Made by a program: the position numbers and the translations under genes. From NCBI GenBank assembly GCA_027449645.1, contig DAIDLF010000022.1:1-49454 (forward strand): a stretch of 49,454 bases of DNA. Reading direction: 5' to 3'. The first letter of the stretch is position 1. Each line of letters begins with the position of its first letter. This DNA comes from Candidatus Parcubacteria bacterium (GTDB lineage: Bacteria > Patescibacteriota > Minisyncoccia > UBA6257 > 2-01-FULL-56-20). The notes below the pieces were generated by a model, which saw nothing but the letters and a program-made list of their open reading frames with translations, was not told where the DNA came from and ran no database searches. Below are positions 33,612-42,731 of this stretch, one piece after another.

Positions 33612-34613
33612 ATGAAAAAGCACTATCAAAAAGGGATATTTCTCGCGGCCATCGCCGCGCTTGCGCTCATCATCCGGATCTTCTATCCGGTGATCCACGC
33701 CTCGCTTGGCGGCCTGTGGCAGGATAACGGCCTCGCCGCCATGGCCTCCTCTACGGCTCCCGCACTGCCCACGGCGCCCAGCCTCACAAGCTCTGCTCCG
33801 GCGCCTGATATGACCCAGGGGTCCACGACGACCTATTATGGAGAGGCCAATACGGCAAGCTCGGTCTTTTCGCGCATAGCGACCACTGCCGTGCCGGACT
33901 TTCCGGCACATGCCTCGCTCGTGGCCGACCTCACGACCGGCACCGTTCTCGAGGAAAGGAACGCGGACGAACGGTGGCCAACGGCATCGCTCACCAAGCT
34001 CATGACCGCGACGGTGATCTTCGATCATCTGAGCACGAGCACGAGGATCACGATCACGCCAAAAATGTTCGCGGTCTACCCGCAGGAAGAGACACTCAAA
34101 GTGAACGGGACCTACACCGTCGAGGACCTGCTCCATGTGATGCTCATGCCGTCAAGCAACGTCGCCGCGGAGGCGATGGCGGATTTTTACGGCCATGCGG
34201 CCTTCATGGCCGCCATGAACCAGCGGGCAGAACAGTGGGGGATGAAGGACACCTATTTTGACGATCCTTCGGGGCTTTCCTCCGCGAATCAATCCTCGCC
34301 GAGCGATTTCCTCATCCTCGCCGAACATATTTACAAGGATTATCCGGGAATACTCGCCATCACCGACACTCCGGACACCACCATCACCGACCTCGCCACC
34401 GACAAGCAGTATGATGTGCGGAGCATCAACGAGTTCGCCGGCGAACCGGGATTCATCGGCGGGAAAACAGGGTTTACGGACGAGGCGCGCGACAACCTGC
34501 TTTCCGTCTTCAATTATTACGGCCACCCCTTGCTTGTGGTGGTGCTTGGCGTGGAACACCGCTTTGAGGACACGACAAAACTGCTGAATTGGTTTACTAT
34601 GAATTATCGATAG
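33612..34613 (+). CDS. D-alanyl-D-alanine carboxypeptidase (S11 family serine peptidase)
   Basis: 333 aa with a signal or TM sequence. Motifs are SxxK (ASLTK), SxN (SSN) and KTG (GKTGFT). Confidence 0.8.
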   Translation: MKKHYQKGIFLAAIAALALIIRIFYPVIHASLGGLWQDNGLAAMASSTAPALPTAPSLTSSAPAPDMTQGSTTTYYGEANTASSVFSRIATTAVPDFPAHASLVADLTTGTVLEERNADERWPTASLTKLMTATVIFDHLSTSTRITITPKMFAVYPQEETLKVNGTYTVEDLLHVMLMPSSNVAAEAMADFYGHAAFMAAMNQRAEQWGMKDTYFDDPSGLSSANQSSPSDFLILAEHIYKDYPGILAITDTPDTTITDLATDKQYDVRSINEFAGEPGFIGGKTGFTDEARDNLLSVFNYYGHPLLVVVLGVEHRFEDTTKLLNWFTMNYR

Positions 34614-34620
34614 CGCTTCC

Positions 34621-35676
34621 ATGATCTACTCGCCGCTCATCGCTCAGACCATCCGGGTCGCCGTCATTTTCGGCGTGGCATTCGTGACGGCGCTCCTCGT
34701 CACCCCGCTCTGGTCACGCTTCCTCAAGCGCCACAATTTCGGCAAACAGATCCGCAACGATGCCGATACGCCGGTATTCCAAAACCTGCACAAGGGCAAG
34801 GCCGGCATCCCGACCGGCGCGGGCGTGATCATCTGGGCTACTGTCATCGGGCTGGCGATCGTCTTCGATCTGCTCAACTATCTTTTTGACGGGGTCTGGC
34901 ACTTTTTCAACTTCGTGAGCCGCGCCGAAACCTACCTGCCGCTCGCCGCCATGCTCATCGCCGCGCTTCTTGGCCTCCTGGATGACTGGCTTGGCGTACT
35001 GAGGGTCGGCGGGGCGGCCGGCGGCGGGCTCAAAGTGCGGCATAAAATCATGCTGTATCTCGTGGTGGCGCTCGTCGGCGCGTGGTGGTTCTATTTCCGC
35101 CTTGGCTGGGATGTCCTTTTTATCCCGTTCTATGGCAGCATCTCGATCGGCTGGTGGTATATCCCAATATTCATCTTCATCATCGTCGCCGCCGCATTCT
35201 CCGCCAACGAGACCGACGGCCTCGACGGACTCCTTGGCGGCGTCTCACTTTTCACTTTCATTGCCCTCACCACGGTGGCATTCGTCCTGCACCGCTATGA
35301 CCTCGCGGCATTCGGCGGGGCGGTGGTGGGCGCGCTCCTCGCGTTCCTGTGGAACAACATCTATCCTGCGCGGTTCATCATGGGCGACACCGGGTCCATG
35401 GCGCTCGGCGTCACCATCGGCGTCATTGCGATGCTCACCAACACCACGCTGCTCCTGCCGCTCTTCGCGGTCATCCTTGTCATTGAATCGCTTTCCGTGA
35501 TCATCCAGATCGCCTCGAAGAAGCTCCGCCGGGGCAAGAAAATATTCCGGTCCGCGCCGATCCATCACCATTTCGAGGCGCTTGGCTGGCCGGAATCTCA
35601 GGTCACCATGCGCGCCTGGATCATCTCCGCCGTGTTCAGCGCCCTGGGACTCATCATCTTCTTCCTGTCGCGATAA
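34621..35676 (+). CDS. mraY: Phospho-N-acetylmuramoyl-pentapeptide transferase
   Basis: 351 aa and polytopic. Contains HKGKAGIPTGAGV, NETDGLDGL, MGDTGSMALG and PIHHHFE motifs. Confidence 0.9.
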   Translation: MIYSPLIAQTIRVAVIFGVAFVTALLVTPLWSRFLKRHNFGKQIRNDADTPVFQNLHKGKAGIPTGAGVIIWATVIGLAIVFDLLNYLFDGVWHFFNFVSRAETYLPLAAMLIAALLGLLDDWLGVLRVGGAAGGGLKVRHKIMLYLVVALVGAWWFYFRLGWDVLFIPFYGSISIGWWYIPIFIFIIVAAAFSANETDGLDGLLGGVSLFTFIALTTVAFVLHRYDLAAFGGAVVGALLAFLWNNIYPARFIMGDTGSMALGVTIGVIAMLTNTTLLLPLFAVILVIESLSVIIQIASKKLRRGKKIFRSAPIHHHFEALGWPESQVTMRAWIISAVFSALGLIIFFLSR

Positions 35677-35683
35677 CCCTGAT

Positions 35684-35713
35684 TTGACGGATTGGGCATT
35701 GCTTTGCTACAAT
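35684..35713 (+). promoter_or_regulatory. Promoter of the rpsB-tsf operon
   Basis: TTGACG at 35684-35689, an 18 nt spacer, then TACAAT at 35708-35713. It ends 9 nt before the ATG at 35723. Confidence 0.55.
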
Positions 35714-35722
35714 ATCTTCCAT

Positions 35723-36526
35723 ATGTCAGACGAAATTTTGACCGAAGCAGAGAATAACCAGCAGTCGGGCTATCCGGCCGAAGCGTCCCGCGAAATGATG
35801 GAGGCGGGTGTTTTCTATGGCCGCAGGAAGAGCAAGACGAACCCGAAAATGAAGCAGTTCGTGCTCGGCAACCGCGCCGGCATCGAGCTCATCAACCTCC
35901 AAAAATCGGAGGAAATGGCCAAGGAGGCTGCGGCATTCGTGAAGGAAAAAGTGAAGAAGGGAGGCATGATGTTGCTCGTGGGCACCACGGCAGGGGCCGA
36001 AGAGGGGATTCTGAGGATTGCCCAGAAGTTCAACCTTCCCTATGTGACCCTGCGCTGGGTCGGTGGCACCATCACCAATTTCGGCAACATCACAAAGCGC
36101 GTGGAGCACATGGTGAAGCTGAGGACCGACATCGCTTCCGGAGCGCTCGGCAAATATACCAAGAAGGAGCGTTTGGAAATGGAGCGCGAAATGGAGCGCC
36201 TGACGACCCTGATGGGCGGACTGGAGGCCATGACCCGCGTGCCTGACGTCATGATCGTGGTGGATCCCATCCTGCACAAGACGGCGGTTGCCGAGGCGGC
36301 GATCCGGAAGATGCCGATCGTGGCGCTCGCAAACGTGGACGCCGATCCGGATGCCATCACCTATATGGTTCCGGGCAACGACAAGGCCAAGCGCAGCATT
36401 GAATGGTTCCTCGGCAAGATGGAGGAGGCGATCGATGAAGGCATGAAGGAGCGGGCGCGTGCAGCCGCAGAAGCTGCTGCGGCGGCAGAGAAGGAGAAAG
36501 AGAAGGAAAAGACGGAGTTAAAATAA
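35723..36526 (+). CDS. rpsB: 30S ribosomal protein S2 with a Lys/Glu/Ala-rich C-terminal tail
   Basis: The start MSDEIL.. is at 35723. Contains MMEAGVFYGRRKSKTNPKMKQFV and VVDP..HKTAVAEA....PIVAL.N.D.DP. Confidence 0.9.
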   Translation: MSDEILTEAENNQQSGYPAEASREMMEAGVFYGRRKSKTNPKMKQFVLGNRAGIELINLQKSEEMAKEAAAFVKEKVKKGGMMLLVGTTAGAEEGILRIAQKFNLPYVTLRWVGGTITNFGNITKRVEHMVKLRTDIASGALGKYTKKERLEMEREMERLTTLMGGLEAMTRVPDVMIVVDPILHKTAVAEAAIRKMPIVALANVDADPDAITYMVPGNDKAKRSIEWFLGKMEEAIDEGMKERARAAAEAAAAAEKEKEKEKTELK

Positions 36527-36533
36527 GACCACT

Positions 36534-36995
36534 ATGGCAACTTCACAGGACATATCTCTCGAAGCAGTACAGAAACTTCGCGACATGACGAGCGCGGGCG
36601 TGATGGATTGCCGCAAGGCGCTCATCGAGGCGAACGGCGACCTTGATGCTGCCGTAAAGATCATCCACGAGAAGGGATTGGCAAAGATGGAGAAACGCGC
36701 CGATCGCGAGACCGGAGCGGGCCTCGTGCAGTCCTATGTGCACAATGAACGCATCGGCGTATTGCTCGAGATCCGGGCCGAGACCGATTTTGTGGTGCGC
36801 TCGGAGCCGTTCCGCGCGCTTGCCAAGGATGTCGCCATGCAGATTGCGGCCGTGGCGCCGGAGAACGTGGAAGCGCTCCTCGCCCAGCCCTGCATCAAAG
36901 ATGAATCCAAGACCATAAAGGATTTACTGAGCGAAGTGATCGCCAAAGTGGGCGAGAACGTGACCATCAAGCAGTTTTCCCGCATTGAGGTATAA
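36534..36995 (+). CDS. tsf: Elongation factor Ts (short form, 153 aa)
   Basis: Contains VQKLRDMTSAGVMDCRKALIEANGDLDAAVKIIHEKG and SYVHNERIGVLLEIRAETDFV. Confidence 0.85.
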   Translation: MATSQDISLEAVQKLRDMTSAGVMDCRKALIEANGDLDAAVKIIHEKGLAKMEKRADRETGAGLVQSYVHNERIGVLLEIRAETDFVVRSEPFRALAKDVAMQIAAVAPENVEALLAQPCIKDESKTIKDLLSEVIAKVGENVTIKQFSRIEV

Positions 36996-37005
36996 TTGAG
37001 AAGCG

Positions 37006-37371
37006 ATGGTAGAATTCGCTTTCATCATGATCCTGATGCTCTGCCTGGGCGCAGTGCTGTACCTCACCGTACAGGCATTGCCGCGCATCAAAGAGGAGCC
37101 CGGCGACGAAATGGGTATCTTTGAACGGTGGGCAAAATCGGAGATGCCCGAAAAGATCGATGCGGCCTTCAACAGCTTTCTGCTGAAATCCCTGCGCAAG
37201 GTCAAGATCGCCGTCCTCCGCCTGGACAATGCGCTTTCACGGCAGCTGCGCGCCATCGCCCCGCAGGAGGACCGAACAAACACCAATATTGATTTTAAGG
37301 AGATTGCAGGGCAAAATGGAGAAGGCGGAGCTTTGCGGAAAAAGGAGGAGAAGGCGGTGCAGGAAAAATAA
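37006..37371 (+). CDS. Small hypothetical membrane protein (121 aa)
   Basis: One N-terminal TM helix, then a charged helical tail. Confidence 0.45.
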   Translation: MVEFAFIMILMLCLGAVLYLTVQALPRIKEEPGDEMGIFERWAKSEMPEKIDAAFNSFLLKSLRKVKIAVLRLDNALSRQLRAIAPQEDRTNTNIDFKEIAGQNGEGGALRKKEEKAVQEK

Positions 37372-37373
37372 TT

Positions 37374-37457
37374 GCGTCGGTGGCGGAGTGGTCAATCGCA
37401 ACAGACTGTAAATCTGTCGCCCTATGGGCTACGTAGGTTCGAATCCTACCCGGCGCA
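37374..37457 (+). tRNA. tRNA-Tyr (anticodon GTA), class II with a long variable arm
   Basis: Hand-folded 84 nt: GCGTCGG TG GCGG AGTGGTCAA TCGC A ACAGA CTGTAAA TCTGT CGCCCTATGGGCTAC GTAGG TTCGAAT CCTAC CCGGCGC A. Confidence 0.9.
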
Positions 37458-37600
37458 CAACAGAAAGGGAGATGGCATGAAATGCCCGCCATGTTTGATC
37501 TAAAAGACCTCAGGAACTGGCGAAGGCCCTGGCTCCTGCCGTAATTACGCCAGGGCCGCTCTCCATGGAAGATGTTTATTTCCGCGCACTCTATTGCAAA

Positions 37601-37625
37601 GCAGGTCCGAATCCCATACTGGAGG
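37601..37625 (+). repeat. Degenerate copy of the tRNA-Tyr T-arm or 3' end
   Basis: GCAGGTCCGAATCCCATAC here compares with GTAGGTTCGAATCCTACCC in the tRNA. Within that, AGGTCCGAATCC matches AGGTTCGAATCC at 11 of 12 positions. It lies about 145 nt downstream of the tRNA in the same orientation. Confidence 0.35.
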
Positions 37626-37716
37626 CATATCATCGGCAGGCACTCGATACATTCGGGACCGAGGATGTAATATCGCGTGGGTGCATAATAAAAATAATAA
37701 TTTCTCAGTGTTCACT

Positions 37717-38400
37717 ATGACCAAAAATCACCATATTAACCAAAACCCTCGGCACGCCGGGATCATCTTTTTTGATTTCGACGGCGTCATTGCCGATTCC
37801 TTTGCGGCGGCATTCGCCGTAAACCGGCTCATCCGTCCATCCATCACCGAAGAAGCCTACCGAAGGCGCTTCGACGGCAACATCAACGAAAGCAGCACGG
37901 AGGCGCCGGGCGAAGCATATCATCCGGAAATAGATTTTTTTGCAGAGTACGGCCCAAGGCTTTCCCGATGCAAGCTGTTCCCTGGGATGGAGGAGGTGCT
38001 TCGAAAGGCCGCCGGGGCCAACCGGCTTGTCATTAATTCTTCCTCACGGACGGATATTATTGTGGATTTTCTGAAAACGCAGAAAATCGAAAGCTATTTC
38101 ACGGAAGTTCTTGGCAATGACGCACATGCAAGCAAGGTGGTGAAATTGCAAAAAGCTTTTGCGGACTATCATGTTACGCCCGGCGAATGCATTTTTATCA
38201 CCGACACGCTGGGCGACATCAAAGAGGCCCGCGAAGCGGGCGTGAGCGCAATCGCGGTCTCGTGGGGATACCAAAAGGAAGAACCTCTGCAGAGGGGAAA
38301 CCCGGCGCAAATGGTGGATACCCCAAAGGCCTTACTTGCGGCTCTTTCCGCATTCGCTGCAGGCCCGGGAGCGCGGCCGCTCGAAACGGAATCGCAATAA
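37717..38400 (+). CDS. HAD-superfamily hydrolase (phosphoglycolate phosphatase-like)
   Basis: The start MTKNHH.. is at 37717. Motif I is IIFFDFDGVIADS, motif II is INSSS, and motif IV-like is FITDTLGDIKEAREAG. Confidence 0.75.
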   Translation: MTKNHHINQNPRHAGIIFFDFDGVIADSFAAAFAVNRLIRPSITEEAYRRRFDGNINESSTEAPGEAYHPEIDFFAEYGPRLSRCKLFPGMEEVLRKAAGANRLVINSSSRTDIIVDFLKTQKIESYFTEVLGNDAHASKVVKLQKAFADYHVTPGECIFITDTLGDIKEAREAGVSAIAVSWGYQKEEPLQRGNPAQMVDTPKALLAALSAFAAGPGARPLETESQ

Positions 38401-38408
38401 ACGCAAAA

Positions 38409-38480
38409 GGCGCCCACGGGCGCCATAAAAATGACAGGCAAAGGAACGGGACAGTCGCGATGATACTGCGACTGTCCCGT
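38409..38480. terminator. Two stem-loops between convergent genes (bidirectional terminator region)
   Basis: GGCGCCcacgGGCGCC at 38409-38424 is flanked by A and T runs. A perfect 13-bp stem, ACGGGACAGTCGC/GCGACTGTCCCGT, spans 38446-38480. Confidence 0.55.
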
Positions 38481-38508
38481 GATGCTCTGTTTGGGGGAAT
38501 GCGCCACC

Positions 38509-38754
38509 CTATGCGGTAACGGCGCCTCCCCGCCATGCCATTCGCGGAATGTGCTCCTTGATCTGGGCGGGAGAGAGCCACCGGCTGTCCCGAACATAAT
38601 TCGAAGAGAGCTGGACGCCGCCAAGACGGGTGACTTCCTGCACTCCCGAAATCTTGGTTTCGCCCGTATCCGTGACATACACCACGGCGTCCCCGGGTTT
38701 CACTTCGGGCCTTACTTCGCTCTGGACGTTGATTGCCTTCTTATATTTCCTCAT
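38509..38754 (-). CDS. Small hypothetical protein (81 aa)
   Basis: The ATG at 38754 has GAGGG 6 nt upstream. No recognised domain. Confidence 0.5.
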   Translation of the reverse strand: MRKYKKAINVQSEVRPEVKPGDAVVYVTDTGETKISGVQEVTRLGGVQLSSNYVRDSRWLSPAQIKEHIPRMAWRGGAVTA

Positions 38755-38890
38755 TTCAACCCTCGCAATTCTAAAATGAGCTAACCTTCTGCTCTGTCAT
38801 TAAGCATACCTCCGTTTTTTTTCATAATGCAAGGGCCGGCGCCACGCCACCTGTGGATAATCGCCCGCACAATGAGGTACAATGCTCTCC

Positions 38891-39409
38891 ATGCAGGAAT
38901 ATGTGAGCGATGCCGTAGTATTGCGCAAAGACCCGCAAGGCGACCTCGACGGCCGCTATGTGTTCCTTACGGAGCGCTTCGGGAAAGTCGCCGCCAAGGC
39001 AAAAAGTTCCCGGAAGATCACCTCAAAGCTCGCATCGCACCTGGAACCGGGGACCATCGCCAAGGTGCGCTTCATAGAGAACCATCAGATCCAGGTCATT
39101 GACGCATTGAAAGAGGGCACGACCGCCGCGTCCCTTGCGGACCTCTATTTCCTGGGACAACTGCTGCATGAGTTTCAGCCAGAGCCGGAGCTGTGGGAGA
39201 TGCTTGTGCCGGGCACGGAAGGCTTTTCATGGCGCTCCGCGCTTGGCGTACTTGGTTGGGATCCTGACGGAGCGGCGTGCGCTTCCTGCGCCGCAGGAAG
39301 CCCCGCTTATTTTTATGTTCCGCGCCAGGAATTTTTCTGCACGGCGTGCGTGCGAAAGCTCCCTTCAAAATTGAAGGCAAATACCGTATTATCCATATAT
39401 GGCCTATAA
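38891..39409 (+). CDS. recO: DNA repair protein RecO (short form)
   Basis: An OB-fold-like N-terminus (DAVVLRK....D....FLTERFGKV...AK) and a C-terminal CxxC...CxxC zinc module (CASCAAG...FFCTACV). An alternative ATG at 38882 overlaps the -10 box. Confidence 0.6.
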   Translation: MQEYVSDAVVLRKDPQGDLDGRYVFLTERFGKVAAKAKSSRKITSKLASHLEPGTIAKVRFIENHQIQVIDALKEGTTAASLADLYFLGQLLHEFQPEPELWEMLVPGTEGFSWRSALGVLGWDPDGAACASCAAGSPAYFYVPRQEFFCTACVRKLPSKLKANTVLSIYGL

Positions 39410-41285
39410 CCCGAACGCAGTCTGGACCAGCAAGCAACGGATGCCTGGCGCGTCGGGATCCGGCACTGGCCCCGGTTCCGAACCCGAACCGAAGACCCAG
39501 AGCGAAATGCCTAAAGAGATCCAGCCCGAGACAAAACATCCGAAGGCGCCGGAACCCTCCGAGGAAGGGCCTTCGTTCTTCCATCGCCACGCGCTCATGC
39601 TTTTCTCCCTCGGGCTCGTCGTCCTGCTTGCCGCAGGCGGCGGCTTGGTGTTTTTCCTGCGCCCGCCCTCGGCGCCGAATGTGAGCATCGGGTTCACCGT
39701 GCCGAAATCCTTTACGGTCGGCGCACCGACCGTCATCACGATCTCGCCGTCCAATGATTCCAATACCTCGCTCACCGGCGCCGTGCTCACGGTCACCCTG
39801 CCGAACGGGATATCTTTTGTGGGCGACGACCCGACTGAAAGCGCGAAGGAATATCCCCTGGGGACCATCAATCCTGGCGCCGTGGCGGCGCAGACGTCCA
39901 CGATCGTGGTCACCGGCAACCCGGAAAGCCTCCAGCGCATCGGCGCCAAGCTGACCTACAACACGCCGGAGACCGCATCGACCACCTTTGTGGCGAGCGG
40001 CACGGCGAACGCCCTGATCGGGGATTCGGCGATCAGCCTCAGCTATACCGCCCCGCAGAACATTGTGAGCGGACAGAGCTTTACCTTCACGGTGAATTAT
40101 GGGAACAGCACCTCGCAGGATGTGAGCGGCGTGTCCATCCAGGCGGCGTTTCCTCCGGCGTTCACCTTTTCTACCAGCAGTCTGCCGACGGCGGATCTCG
40201 CCAATGACACTTGGAACATCGGCGCCATTCCGGCAGGGACCAGCGGATCTTTCACGGTCACCGGGACGATCATCGGACAGCCCCAGGCGCAATATCAGAT
40301 GGGCGGCACGGTCCTCGTGGCCATCTCGGGCCAAAGCTATCCCATAAACCTCCAAACGCTTTCCTTTGCGGTATCCCAGCCGCCGCTCGCGCTCACCATC
40401 ACGCCGAACAACTCAACCACATATATTTCGTCGGCAGGGGACAGTCTCCAATATGTCCTCGCCTATGCGAATAATTCCAATGTGACGTTCACCGGGGTGA
40501 AAATCTCCGCCGCGCTCCTTGGACAGATGTTCGATTATGCCTCCCTGCAAACCTCCGGCGCCTTCAGTTCCAAAACCGATGCGATCACCTGGACCGCAGC
40601 CACCACTCCCGCGCTCTCTTCGGTCGCTCCCGGACAGAGCGGCACGGTGACATTCTCCGTGAAGACCAAATCCGCCTTCCCGATCAAATTGCCGAGCGAC
40701 AAGAATTACACGCTTCAGGTGACCGGCACAATCCAATCGCCGACCGTCGCCCCGGACACCGCCGGATCCAGCACGATCGCCGTGACCGAGCTTCAAACCA
40801 AGATAGGCGGCGCCATCGCACTCGCCGCCAACGGCGCCTGGAAATCGGGGCCATATCCTCCGAGAGTGAACCAGGCGACGCAATATGCCGTCACGTGGAA
40901 TGTGGTGAACTATGCAACCGATGCCAAAAATGTTACGGTGTCTGCGTACCTTCAGTCGGGAACCACGCTTGCAGGCGCCATCACGAGCAACATCTCGTCC
41001 ACGCCCACGTATGATCCGGGGACCGGACTCATCAGCTGGACCATCCCCGGCATTGCCGCGGGCACCGGCGTGATCACGCCGCCAATCCAGGCAATCATTC
41101 CCATCAGCAATGTGCCTGCCGTGAACCAGGTGGGACAGAGCGTGACGATCCTCGGAAAGAGCTCGCTCTCGGCGACGGACTCCTTCACCGGTGAGGCCCT
41201 CTCCGCGAACGCCGATGCAGTCACCACGGCCCTGCCGAACGACAAAGGCGTGAGCCACCAAAGCGGCGGCACCGTAGCGCAATAA
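39399..41285 (+). CDS. Membrane-anchored surface protein with repeated DUF11/CARDB-like beta-sandwich domains
   Basis: 628 aa. A Pro/Glu-rich cytoplasmic N-terminus, one TM helix, then 4-5 repeats of the pattern Y..N.S....TGV.I.A.LP..F......W.IG.I.AG.SG.FTVTG. Confidence 0.6.
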   Translation: MAYNPNAVWTSKQRMPGASGSGTGPGSEPEPKTQSEMPKEIQPETKHPKAPEPSEEGPSFFHRHALMLFSLGLVVLLAAGGGLVFFLRPPSAPNVSIGFTVPKSFTVGAPTVITISPSNDSNTSLTGAVLTVTLPNGISFVGDDPTESAKEYPLGTINPGAVAAQTSTIVVTGNPESLQRIGAKLTYNTPETASTTFVASGTANALIGDSAISLSYTAPQNIVSGQSFTFTVNYGNSTSQDVSGVSIQAAFPPAFTFSTSSLPTADLANDTWNIGAIPAGTSGSFTVTGTIIGQPQAQYQMGGTVLVAISGQSYPINLQTLSFAVSQPPLALTITPNNSTTYISSAGDSLQYVLAYANNSNVTFTGVKISAALLGQMFDYASLQTSGAFSSKTDAITWTAATTPALSSVAPGQSGTVTFSVKTKSAFPIKLPSDKNYTLQVTGTIQSPTVAPDTAGSSTIAVTELQTKIGGAIALAANGAWKSGPYPPRVNQATQYAVTWNVVNYATDAKNVTVSAYLQSGTTLAGAITSNISSTPTYDPGTGLISWTIPGIAAGTGVITPPIQAIIPISNVPAVNQVGQSVTILGKSSLSATDSFTGEALSANADAVTTALPNDKGVSHQSGGTVAQ

Positions 41286-41303
41286 TCTCAATATCAATCA
41301 TTT

Positions 41304-42731
41304 ATGGACATCAACCAGGACAATGTGATGGAAAAGATCGTCGCGCTTTCCAAGCGGCGCGGCTTCGTGTTTCCGGGCTCCGAGATCTACGGCGGCCTTG
41401 CCAATTCCTATGAGTACGGGCCTGCGGGCGCAGAGCTCAAGCGGAACATCCAGGAAGAATGGTGGCGCGTGTTCATCCGCGAACGGAGCGACATGGTAGG
41501 CCTTGATTCCTCCATCATCCTCCATCCGAAGGTCTGGGAGGCTTCCGGCCATGTCTCGGGTTTTTCCGACGCGATGGTGGAGTGCAAAAAGTGCCACACC
41601 CGCACCCGTGCCGACCATCTCATCGAAAATGATATGGAGGCAAAAGGGGAGAGCATGAGCGTGGAAGGGAAAAAGGAGGCTGAGCTGGACGCCATTATTG
41701 CGGAGCACAAGATCGTATGCCCCGTCTGCGGCGCCTTCAATTGGACGCCGGTGCGAAAGTTCAACCTGCTGTTCGAGACGCACGTCGGCATTGTGCCGGA
41801 GGCGCAATCCAAGGTCTATCTCCGCGGCGAAACCGCGCAGGGCATATTTGTGGCTTTTAAAAATATCATCGACTCCACGCGCGTGCGCCTGCCATTCGGC
41901 GTGGGCCAGATGGGCAAAAGCTTCCGCAACGAGATCACCAAGGGCAACTTCATCTTCCGGACGCTGGAATTCGAGCAGGCAGAGATAGAGTATTTCTTCG
42001 ATCCGGAAGCAACCGATTGGAAGGAGCTCTTTGAGGGATGGAAGACGGCGATGCACGGCTTTGCCACGAAAAACCTCGGTATTGAGGCAAGCCATCTGCG
42101 TTGGCGGGAACATGGCGACGAGGAGCGCAGCTTCTATAGCAAGCGCACCGAAGACCTTGAATACCTCTTTCCGTTCGGATTCAAGGAGCTTTGGGGTCTT
42201 GCCTACCGCACCGATTACGATCTGAACCAGCACGCGAAATTCTCCGGGGTAGACCTTTCCTACACCGATCCGGCGACCGGCAGGAAGTTCATGCCGCACG
42301 TGATAGAGCCCGCCGTGGGCATCAACCGCCTCATGGCCATGGTGATGCTCGAGGCCTATCGCGAGGAAGGGGACCGCACCTATCTCAAGCTCCCGCCCCG
42401 GCTCGCGCCTTACAAAGCGGCGATCTTCCCGCTCCTTGCAAACAAGCCGCAGCTCGTGGAGCTCGCGCGCAAGGTCCATGACGACCTCCAAAAGCATTTC
42501 CCGGTGGCCTGGGACGACCGCGGCAACATCGGCAAGCGCTATTATGCCCAAGATGAGATCGGCACCCCGTTCTGCATCACGGTGGATTTTGATACCCTCG
42601 GCGAGACAGACGGCAAGAGCAACCCCGACCATAAGGGCACGGTCACCGTACGGGACCGCGACACCGGCACACAGGAACGCATCGCGATAGAAAACCTGGC
42701 ATCTTTCCTTCATGGCAAAATTTATCGTTAA
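41304..42731 (+). CDS. glyQS: Glycine--tRNA ligase (homodimeric class II type)
   Basis: 475 aa. Contains RRGFVFPGSEIYGGLANSYEYGPAGAELKRNI and FRNEITKGNFIFRTLEFEQAEIEYF. Confidence 0.9.
   Translation: MDINQDNVMEKIVALSKRRGFVFPGSEIYGGLANSYEYGPAGAELKRNIQEEWWRVFIRERSDMVGLDSSIILHPKVWEASGHVSGFSDAMVECKKCHTRTRADHLIENDMEAKGESMSVEGKKEAELDAIIAEHKIVCPVCGAFNWTPVRKFNLLFETHVGIVPEAQSKVYLRGETAQGIFVAFKNIIDSTRVRLPFGVGQMGKSFRNEITKGNFIFRTLEFEQAEIEYFFDPEATDWKELFEGWKTAMHGFATKNLGIEASHLRWREHGDEERSFYSKRTEDLEYLFPFGFKELWGLAYRTDYDLNQHAKFSGVDLSYTDPATGRKFMPHVIEPAVGINRLMAMVMLEAYREEGDRTYLKLPPRLAPYKAAIFPLLANKPQLVELARKVHDDLQKHFPVAWDDRGNIGKRYYAQDEIGTPFCITVDFDTLGETDGKSNPDHKGTVTVRDRDTGTQERIAIENLASFLHGKIYR

Noticed and set aside
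37295-37633. A 112-aa minus-strand ORF and other short ORFs across the tRNA-Tyr region.
   Set aside because: The ORF overlaps the tRNA-Tyr gene antisense, has no RBS and is compositionally non-coding. The region is better explained as the tRNA plus an intergenic scar.
39399-41285. A diversity-generating retroelement targeting the repeat-domain surface protein.
   Set aside because: No reverse-transcriptase-like ORF occurs in the window (no YxDD-containing candidate). I could also see no template/variable repeat pair.
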